From Paraspadella gotoi (Eukaryota; Animalia; Chaetognatha): a DNA stretch of 64,000 nucleotides. The first letter of the stretch is position 1, and every line of letters begins with the position of its first letter. Positions 39,481-49,857 of this stretch are shown here, in pieces. The notes beneath the pieces are model-generated. The model had not been told where the DNA came from and ran no database searches. It was given only the letters and a program-made list of their open reading frames with translations. The translations under genes and the position numbers were made by a program. Location of the stretch: positions 2,741,476 through 2,805,475 of the forward strand of contig JBJCIZ010000239.1 of NCBI GenBank assembly GCA_051294375.1. The letters run 5' to 3'.

Positions 39481-42400
39481 TCAAAAGTCGTCCCAGTTCG
39501 CGATGTCCTCCGTATCCCAGCCGCCCCCTTCTTCGACGTCCAGCGTTAAAACGGCCAAACTCAAATGTTTCGGCGCCGCCTCGAATTCCGCAGTCTTGGC
39601 GGCGTTAAGATCCGGCGCCATGTCCGCGAAAAAGTCTATCTCGTCTCGCTTCTCGTCTCTGGCGACGACGTTGATGGCCTTCACGTCGAACTCGGATCCG
39701 AGCGTCGCCGGCGGCGCCGAATGTCGCTTGGACGAAGGCGTCGGATCCGACGGGCGTTCGGCAGGAGAGATCGGCGCCGCCGAAGGTTTTAATTTCATGG
39801 GCGGAATGGAATCTTGAAAAGGGACGGTGTCGTGAGGGATTTCGTTCGAGTCAATTGTCCCGTCCCGATCGGAGTCATCGCGAGATTCGTCTTCCCAGGC
39901 GAATCCCCATTCGTCGTCCCTGTCCTCCGCGACTCCGGACTCTGTCGAGGAAGCCGACGGCGCTCCGTCGCCGCGAGACGAAGACGCCGTTTCCTCTGCC
40001 CAGTCTGACCAGGAAGTTGGCCGCTCCGCAGTCACGGGATGAACGACTCCCGACTTTTCCCGCCCAGTTCGATCGTCGCTCGAATCCTCGACTCGAAATT
40101 CGGGATTTTTTTCCCCAGATTCCGCGTCGAATTTCTCCTCGGCCTCCTCCTCCTCTTCCTCCTCCTCTCTCTCCGGAGTCGATTCATTCTCGTCCTCCAC
40201 GATTCTCTCCATGGATCCCCTAAATATCTTCTCCCTCTCTTTTCCCGCTTCCGGCCCTAGTCTACCCTTCCCGGTATTTTCCGCCACGAGTTTTCTCTGT
40301 CGTCTCCGATCTTCCAACTTTCGCCTCCGCTGCTCCGCCTTCTCTTGATTGAGTCGACGCTTTTCCTCCGCCGAAGATTTTCTCCTCGGGTCGAGGAAGT
40401 GCGGCGTCGTGAGTTTCGGTTCCACCGCCGCCGGGCGCCCGTTTCCGGTCACCCTCTCTTCGTGGACGACGTCTGGACGATACTGGACCGAAGTCCTCTC
40501 GGACTCTTGAATGACCTCGGTGTCGGCGTGCCTTGCGGGCAAGTTGTAACCCCGCGGGGAACCGCGGGAGAATATCCTGCCACGGGGTTTTTCCCCAGGG
40601 TGACCGATAACCGCGTCGCCGCCGAGGATAGGAACCAGGAGGGAAAGGCCACGCAAACTGGCTGCCACGATCTCATCGCTGCAATCCTGCGAGAGAGAAT
40701 CATTGAACGTGACGAATGAGTTTTTTATTTTTAGCAATATGAGTAATAAAGAAGCACCTGCAGACCGAGCAGCATTGCGGGCAAGAAGCTCTCCTCCAGC
40801 ATCTCCTTGGGAACTAGGTGCAGGAATTTGGGTAGAAACCGAAGGATGGAGAGAAAAATGTCGTGGTCTCGGACGAGAACAATTTTGCTCAAGTGCGGAA
40901 CGACCGTCTCGGCGAAGAGATCTTCGGAAAGTAAGCCGGGCAATGAGACGGAGGAGATGGAGGAATGAGTGGGTGAGGTCGAGGGTGAGGATTCGCGGGA
41001 GGACTGACCCGAGGCCGAAGATTCTAAAGAGTGGGAAAGCACATTTTAACTTCGTAACGAAATAATTCATCGGTAATATTACTAAATACTACTAAATAGT
41101 AAATAATACCCCTTTCCATCTTTGGGGTGAGAAGATGAGGAAGGAAATGAAGTTGAGCGGAAGGTTCGACCAAAACGAATCTCCGCAACAGAGGGCGAAC
41201 GAGGCGGAAGGCGATCAGTGAGGGAGACAACGACGTCAAACGAGAGTAAAGGGTGCGAAAAAAGGCCTAGGAGGAAATTCCTAATGACAACTTCTTTTTT
41301 TGGGATTAAATTAATTGGACAATTAAATTAATAAAATTCCCCCAACCTCCTTTTCGTCGGCGCTCTTTAGCGGAAGAGTCTCTAGAAAGCGGAGGACGTC
41401 GCAATAGTTGTTGTTGCGGAAAAAGACGTGTCGATGAAACGAAGAGAGTTTGGGTCGCTTCTTCGGATCCGCGTGCAGCAACTGATTCGAGACGACCTCC
41501 TGGTTGGAGCAACAACGGGGGTCACTGAAGCTGAAGATGGGGTGGGAACGTCGAAAAAACGAACCATGAAGTCTTCTAATCCGCTGGGTGTCGGGTGAGC
41601 GTCGCATTCGTCACGGACGTAACTTAGGAGGGACATCAACAGCTGGCCGAAGGCGAAAGCGTCCCGCGCCTGGCCCGCCCAAGATTCCACAGCGCCGCCA
41701 ACGGGACCTTTCTGCTTCTCTTCCGGCGCCAAGGTTGAAGCGTCGCGTCCAGCGCGGCTGGCGCGGAGCCACTCCCACGTTGCGTCGGCTGAAGCGAATG
41801 GAGAGAAGAGTTAACGCTATCACCGGTTTAAGTCCCACTAGAAACAAACCTCGAGGGAAGAAACCTAACGCCCGATCCTAAGTTTCGGAATGCAAACTGA
41901 CTCAAAGGTTGGGGAAAGTCTCAAGGTTTGGCTCTTTTTCTAAGCCACCTAAATTCGCTTCCCGTATAGCTTGGTCAAACTCAGCTCGTCCCATTGGCTT
42001 GGTTAAGTGCGATGGTGTCGCCTGAGCGCCAGCAGCCGTGAGATGCCTCACTCCCCGGGCATCACACATGTCTCCCCGTTGCCATAACGGCGTCATTTCT
42101 ATTCTATATCAAACGTTACTAATATTTTTCTAGTGGTCTCACCGTATGTCTTTAAATGATCCAAAGCTCCAAGTTTCCAGGACCCGTTTTCGTCGGCGAC
42201 GAACACAGAGGTCATCGTGATGTTGTTATGACAAACCTCGACTCGCTCGTGAAGGAAAATCACGGCCTCCAAAATCGAAAACGCGCCTATGGGATCAGAT
42301 ATGATAATATCATAACTTCATTATCACATTCGTCAACCCATCTTTCTCTACCGGCGACGATCTCGTCCGGCGTCATGGAGTCGATCTGCGCCACGAGCGG

Positions 42401-42733
42401 TTGGACGGGTTCAGTCACGTGAACGATCCTTCCATCGGCCGCAGTGAAGACCCCGTGAAACTTGACGAGGGAGGGGTGACGCAAAACCTTGGCGTGCTTC
42501 ACGGCCGACGGCATGAAGTCTCCCGTCGATGAAGAGAGTCTTCCATCGTCCGGTTGGGCATGGACGAAGAGCGAGACGGGCTTCCGCGTCGACGCATCCT
42601 CGCCGCGATGAAGTTTCCACGGGGGTTGAAAAGACGCGGCGGTGGAGGAGTCGACCGAGTGGAGAGGCTTCAGCGACACCGACTCGCCTATGGTGACGTC
42701 GGTGGTGAGGAGAGAGCTCGACTCGGCGCCCAT
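39481..42733 (-). CDS. SCYL3: SCY1-like pseudokinase 3 (PACE-1), multi-exon
   Basis: N-myristoylation-type MGAESS, LRHPSLVKF, VTEPVQPL, FLHE...HNN, WKLG, RDAFAFG, HEAT-like region, acidic C-terminus GWDTEDIANWDDF. Confidence 0.9.
41810..42095 (+). other. Structured GC-rich intronic element, copy 2 (antisense in a SCYL3 intron)
   Basis: CGGTTT 41824, ACTA 41837, ACAAAC 41844; hairpin GATGCCT(42042-42048)-N8-GGGCATC(42057-42063). Confidence 0.45.
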
Positions 42734-42853
42734 TCCCTGATCGGCTAAAGCGCCGCCCGATCGGCCAAACGACTACTTCATGTAAAAACGTCAAGAATTT
42801 TCTTTCTTTTCCCCCCCTTTTTCTTCTAATTAACACGAGAAACGAAATCAAGA

Positions 42854-43178
42854 TTACTTTTTCTCTTCCAACGGAACGAAATCCGGAGTCTGCTCTTTTG
42901 TTTTTAAGTAAACTCTGCGTCGGTCCCAGTAATTGGCCCAAGTCTTTGAGCAAGAATTTTCGAAGACTTTTCTCAAGGCCGCGCATTCATCTTCCGAATT
43001 GTTGTCCAGGCAAAACCACAACTCGTCTTTCGCCCCAACGCATTTTTCTCTGAAATTCGTGAACAGAAATTCGCCTATCAGCTTCTAAAGTAAACCGATA
43101 ATGATAATGTTCAGAATTAATTTTCAGTTAATTAAATAGATAAACCCACCGTTTGGACTTAAACGACTCCTCGGACAT
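42854..43178 (-). CDS. COA6: COA6-like copy b (twin-Cys, 74 aa); exons 43178-43150 and 43049-42854; absent from the ORF track
   Basis: Spliced translation MSEESFKSKR|EKCVGAKDELWFCLDNNSEDECAALRKVFENSCSKTWANYWDRRRVYLKTKEQTPDFVPLEEKK; CX9C...CX10C; GT-AG intron at the same position as copy a. Confidence 0.85.
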
Positions 43179-43337
43179 GATTCACTAAAATAAATGAACA
43201 TTTTCATAGTTCACTTATTATATTTTCACCAATCGAGCAACACCAGGAAAATGTAATCACAGAAGATTCGAGCAACTACTGCTCTACTCATGACGAACGA
43301 TAAAAAACAATAAATAAAACGCAGAAACTAATGTTCA

Positions 43338-44739
43338 TTAAAGCTCCACTTTGGCCGGAATGTCCGGAATATCAAAGTATTTATGTTCCACGAAATTCTC
43401 GTAAACTTTAACGATTCTGACACCGGGTTTTCCGGCCCAGACTCGACCAATAGCTGAGGTGACCACAATCTCCATCTTCCCTGCGAAGGCCGTCCCTCCG
43501 GCGTTTTGGTGGAAGTGACCGCAAAAGACCCGACGGACTCCGGCATCGTAGAGCTTCTTGAGCAGAGAGCGTCGCGCCTCCAGGCCGAGATTGTACCAAG
43601 CCTCTTCCTCGTCCTCGGAAGATTTGAAGGGCGGAATGTGAAGGAAGACGACGATTTGCTTGGGAGAGGCGACGCCGCCAGCAGTCAGAACTCCATCGAG
43701 CCAAGCGTCCTGCGCCGCAGCGAGTTCTGTCCGAAGAAAGGGAAAACTTGTTTTTAAAAGTTCGTTATAAATACACGATGCGCTAATTTTAACACTATTT
43801 TTTTGGCGAGCAAACGCCGCGGTCTTCTGAAAAAAAAAAAAATAATTATAACTCGCCTCGAACGTCCACCGGATTTTTGTAATACTGGGAATTGAGGACG
43901 ACGAACTTGGTTCCTCCAGCCCAAAAGACGAAGTAGTCATCGCCGAAGGCTCCTCGATAGGTGGCGATGGTGGCGTTGGTGGGCCGGTTGCCGATGTCGT
44001 GGTTACCGCAAACGCAAATGGCGGGGATATCCGGGTGAAGACGCTGGAGCACCGTCTTAAAATCGCGCGACTGTCGGTGGAAACGGTCTGGGTATCGACC
44101 AGGGTAAGCGTTGACTAGATCTCCGCAGATAATAAAGAATTTGGGTTTGGGTCGCATTGCATTCAAGTGGGTCACGACCGCGTCGAGTCGGCGAAGCTCC
44201 TCCTCCCAGGCTGTAACGGGGGAAAGAGGGATAACGGGAATAACGGATCGACTTTTGGCGCGTTTCTACCGGAGACTCACATGGATTGGCGACGTTATTC
44301 ATCTCATCGATGAGTCCCAACTGTGAATCGGCGCCGTGAACAAAAAAGAAGGGCTCGGTCCAGTTTCCCTCCTCCGCAACGGTTAGTCCTGGGATGGAGC
44401 GGTTGCTCGCCTTCCACCTCAAGGGGACGTCGTTGTCGTCGTTCCTACGTTGAGTTCGATGAGCGAGACGTTGAGATTCATCCTCGGTTGAGATTTCGCT
44501 ACCCCTTTTCAATCGCGATTCGTAGTCATTGAATTCGATTGACTATTGACGCTAACTCACTCTCTCACTTACCCATTGTATAAGAGAAGCAGTAAGATTC
44601 CAGCGACGACGAGGATCCCGATCAAAGCCGCAAGGACGAGCCGAGCGAACCTCGGCACCCGCCGGTTGGAGCCCGGCCGGACGGTCTTGGCGATGAGACT
44701 TGGCTCCGACGAGTCTTCGAAATCTCGCAAACGTCTCAT
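43338..44739 (-). CDS. CPPED1: Calcineurin-like phosphoesterase CPPED1 with a predicted N-terminal TM extension, multi-exon
   Basis: PFFFVHGADSQLG, ICGDLVN, VCGNHDIG, FGDDYF, VLNSQ, FLHIP, FCGHFHQNAGG, VTSAIG, PGVRIV. Exon 1 44739-44573 inferred. Confidence 0.9.
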
Positions 44740-44940
44740 TTCAAAAATTTATTTCTGAGTTTCTATTTTAATAGTTATTTTTTTTCTATGACTTCCTCCT
44801 TTGTTGAAAACTAATCGCGAGATATAAACGAGATTCGAATTCTACAACTAATCAAATCTTTCCATTTGTTTTTCTCGGCGACCCGCATCCATTCCCGCCC
44901 GCGTCGGTATCAGAAGCCGACAATGTCGGACCGACAGTCG

Positions 44941-45270
44941 TCACGTTTTCGAGAAGGAAGAATCTTTGTCTGAAAAGGTGAATTCTGTCCCGGCTTTAAA
45001 CTTCATGAACTCCCTCTGTCGGTCAAAGTGGCGGACCCAAGTTTTTTTGCAGGATTCTTCGAAAGTTCGTCTTTGTTTTTGGCAGTCTTCGTCCGTCCCG
45101 TGATCCGTTAAGCAAGACCAGTAGGCATCCTTCGCCACCCAACACGCTTCCCTGGATTAATAAAATCGACGAAGACGCAACCTCCCTCTGCTTGCTTCAA
45201 TTTTATATGAAGTCAAAGAGGCTCACCTTTGAGCTTTAGTCGGTGGCAACGCCGACGGGGAATTTTCCAT
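44941..45270 (-). CDS. COA6: Cytochrome c oxidase assembly factor 6 copy a; exons 45270-45227 and 45151-44941
   Basis: MENSPSALPPTKAQR|EACWVAKDAYWSCL...CQKQRRTFEESCKKTWVRHFDRQR; CX9C...CX10C. Confidence 0.92.
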
Positions 45271-46723
45271 CGTCAAATTTACACACGATTTTCCTCATTG
45301 ATAATAGGTTTAGTTTTAAATTCTCTCATCCAATTATCAAACTCATTTTTTTTAATATCTGGTAAAAAAAGAATAAATACATTAATGCCAGATAATTGGG
45401 GAACTTTACTAAATGAAGCTTTTTGTTTTGTAAGATAAAACCATAATCATGATGTTACACAAAACTTACAAAATATACAGAAACAAAGCTATAACTTAAA
45501 AAAATCATGTTTGTAACGTTTGTACAAAGACATTAAAAATTCAATTAGTTCCCAACAGCCAATATATTAACTATAACAAAAGAAATCTTAACCTACTCTA
45601 GTGCTTACTCTAAACCCAAGCTCAGAGTCAGTTGATCAAATAGTAATAGCCAAACGTGATATACATATTTAATAAAACGAAAAATAAATACGTTTAGCTT
45701 AAATTTTATATCTTTACAAATGATGCCTGATAACAAATTCAAACATTAATTATGATTTCTTACCCTACTAGGAACTAGTTAAATCAAGATTTATTTTTCG
45801 CAGCACTTCATTTCTTTAATTATTGCTTCTGTTCATTACTTAACTAATTAGAGCAAATTTCGTCTGCAAAAAAAAAATTACTAATCGTTATCTTAGGTCT
45901 CAACCAACTCTTTGAAATCACAGGTCATGAAAAATGTATATTTCATGATAATTAACCCACACACCCCCGAACAATTTTTAACAAACAATATCGGAACTGC
46001 ACGCGATAATTTAGCTAATCAGATAAGACATGATAATTCTTATAATATTTTAAGTCCTCTTTTTACTAAAAAAAATTCTTAAAAAAACTGATGAATAAAT
46101 ATTTTTTTAAATATTTTAAGAAAAAAAATTTAAGAAAAAAGCTCAATACAATGTCTAACTTAATATTTTAGGATATTTTAAATAATAACCAGACCAAATA
46201 ATGAGAGGAGACCGATAGGCCTTCAAAGCGAATCTTTAATTCTGAATGGAATTATGATTCTTATCGAACCCCCCCCCCCGGTGTCTCGCCTTTTGGAGAG
46301 ACAAAAGGCTAATGTGGGGGGGGTTTCGTATAAAGAATTATAGAGTCCGGTCAGCAGTTAGCAGATCCGACTAAAAAAAGAAAACGATTGTCGTGAGAAT
46401 TTAACTAGTAAGTAATTAAAGATCGTAGTATACGGAGTATGACGATGAATGATTTTAATAATGAATGACGTGACAGCTTAGGTTCGGTTCTCAAATTATA
46501 CTGGGATGACATAATCAATATGAACGTGGCCGGGGTGCGGAACATTAAATGATTTACTTTGTTATTGATCGATAGAGCAAAAGAAAAAGCCGCTGACTTA
46601 ATTGGGCTTCTATGTACAAACAGGGTGCCAAAGGCCGAGGAACGACGGGGTGATTGGGGTTCCTTGGGGGGGGGGTGAGGGATATGAGGCTGTGTGACGG
46701 GGGTGAATATAAGGAAAATACTC

Positions 46724-49700
46724 TTAAGAACTATATTTGCTCATTTTGTTTTGAGGTTGATCTGAGAAGCTGCTTGAAGTCGAGTCCGATGAGCTGTCAA
46801 CGACGAAAAAAACCGTATTCATTATTCATACGACACGAAATGAAGAAGAAGAGAAAAAGTGAAGCCAAAGGCTGACGACGTTTCACCTCTGATGTCGACG
46901 GCCGGGGGAAGGTCTTTCCATCAGCGACGAGGAATAGGAATGAGATCGTTGGAGGATGTCCCGCGAACGAGGGCTCTGCCCCAACATCGATTATTATTTC
47001 TCTATAATAACTTTTTATTTATCGATATAAATTGTGACTAAATCCTCCCGAGACAAATTTTTTGACGAATCCTAACCTCTTTTCGATCGGTGGAATTTCT
47101 GTTGTCGTGATTTCGAAGGTTGACTTCACTACCACTGGAGCTGGCGGTGCTAGTATTGCTGCTACTACTCTGAGGCCCCGAGTCCACTGATAAAAAATTA
47201 AGACAAGTTGATTGCTATGAAAAAATAATGAACTATATTCTTTTAAAAAAAAAAGATTAATCTATCATTATTATATTTTAATCCAAGTAAAATATAAAAT
47301 GCAAAAATTTGTTAATAAGCTAACGATTCAGTTTTCTCATCAGTAGACCCAAAAGTTAGTAAATACAGACATCGAGTTTCATAAAAAATCGTTTGCACAC
47401 TGAATCAGACGTAATATAAATAATTTTCGTATAAAAATGATTTTAAGTTTATATGCATCGAACAAGACGATCCCCGAGTATCGAATACGTCATTCGATAT
47501 CTTTTTAATGTTAAAGGACCGGTCAGTCCCCGGTCAAAGCCAAGAACAAAAGTACTAGGCGAACCTCGGGCTGGATATTCCGCGAATTTTTCATATAAAA
47601 GATGCACTCTTTTTCTCCTGTGGAAAATTCTGACGATGACGTTTAGTTGTCTTCTTTAATAACATATGTATTATTAATATCTTTTTCTATGTTCTTATTA
47701 ATAATTTATAATGCTTAATAATTTTTAAGTTTTTAGTAGCTGCATGTTGGTGATTTTTAATAGTTTTTGTTTTTTAAGTGAAACAGTTTTAGAAATTAAA
47801 TCGTATTTGTTTGCCGTTTTGCTGTACTGAAATCAGTCTGAACATACTTTATAAAGGCTCAGAAATTAATATAAAATATGATTCTTATATAGTCAAATGA
47901 TACTAATAACACATAAATTATAATAATACTTTAATATAGAGATGAAATTTTTCCTTACTCAAGACAATATTTATACGAAAAACATAAATGCTTGTTAAAC
48001 GGATATGATTATGATTACAATTTTTACCCCTTCTTCTTATAACTATTATTATATTATAAGAAGTCATTTTCCTATGTACTATAGTGTTTCATTTTTAGTA
48101 TACTATTATTAGGGCTTATAATTAAGGATGAATGAGGGTAATTTGAGATCTCGCGTAGTCAATTACTTTTTTTCAATTACTAAAAATATCTATTCGTCGG
48201 TATTTGTTTTCTTATTTTTAGTCATTGTGATTGATTTTAGTTTCATTTTGTTGTTGATTTTAGATGACGACAAGATTGTCCATAATAACTTATGGTCTTT
48301 AAGTGACCGTTAAACAATAACCGACATGAAGTGCATTTTAGGCATAAATAAATAGACAATTTTTGAGACTATAACTTTGTTACCTTCATCAGTTGTTGTT
48401 AAACAATTAAAATGTTATCATATGATCAGTATTTGTTTTACATCTCATAATTTGTTCTCTACTCTTTTCAATTTGGTCCTGGATCTTGAAGAATTAAACA
48501 AAGCAACGTCTCATACTACTTTTATTTACAGACAATAGGTTTCGATTAATTTTATAATTAATGATTTGATTTAAAAAACTTATAAACAAAAGCATTCTTT
48601 AAAATCTGGAAGTTAAGTTTTCCCTCTCAAAGTTCTCTGTTTTCTTTTATAAATGAAAGTAGTTTTTTGATTTATGATCAGAAAATTTAAACAAATTAAT
48701 AGAGACAGTTATTTATACCATATCAAAAAAATGAGTCCCGGTTCATGTTGCTCAAACATAAAAAGGATCCAATCGTCCAATCTATGTATTTGCTATTCAA
48801 TTTAGTAATATTTATTAGATCGTATTTAATTTTCTTCCTGATCATTCAAACATAATATACTTAAATCATTGATTATGATATTGAATGGATCCTTTTCACT
48901 TATCTATATGTATATACGGTGGTAGTCAGGATTGTGCCCACGTATTATTGGCCCATAAAATTGCGCCCCTAGGATTGCACCCATGTAGCATTGGCCCACA
49001 TACAATTGCACCCATAGTATTCCGCCCACGTATTCCACGTATTCCCACGCTATTCCTACGTCGGGTACAATCCTAATTGAACCTAGTTGACTAAAAATTA
49101 CTTTAAAAAATATAGAAAAATATTCATTAATAATTTTAAATATTTCTTTGCAGTATTTTTAAATAATTTTTTTATTAATTATTATTATTAAATTATATTA
49201 ATTTTAATATTAGTATTATTATTTTTTTTAAATTTTACTTTTATTAGTTATTTTAATCTTTGTTATCAAGTTTTTCCATATTTACCTATTTATTAAAGCA
49301 CGTATAATAGTAACTTAAACGAATGAATTATACAATTTATAATACTAATTTATATTATATTATATGTAATAAGGAACTTAAACAAGCAAAATATTAATAT
49401 TTTATTTTATGCAAAAATCTCTTCGAATTCCTCATTTTGGTAGAAAAGAAGCATTCAAGATCTCATTTAATTGCTATTTTGTCTTATTTATATTAGTTAT
49501 AAATACTATAAATTATTTATATTTATAAAATATATATTCTAAAAACTATAATATTCAATTATTTATATATATACAATAATAAAACGTTTAAAATTACGCG
49601 AATAAGAGCGTCATCGTTATCGTGACAAATTCGATCGTAGTGAGCTAATTTGCATAATTTAGGAGCCAGATAAAAATCGACCGGGATCTCTCATGTTGAG

Positions 49701-49820
49701 AATTTCAAATCGAATAAAAGTGTTTTAAATTAAAGTATATATATGTGTGATCACTTGTGTGAACGTTTTTGAAAATCTGAATCCATCTTGATACACTATC
49801 TCATCCGCATTTTGCAAAGG

Positions 49821-49857
<37 letters not shown>

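Noticed and set aside
41902-42096. 64-aa ORF as an extra SCYL3 exon
   Set aside because: It ends in an in-frame stop without a GT donor; SCYL3 splices in phase from about 42144 to 41789 without it.
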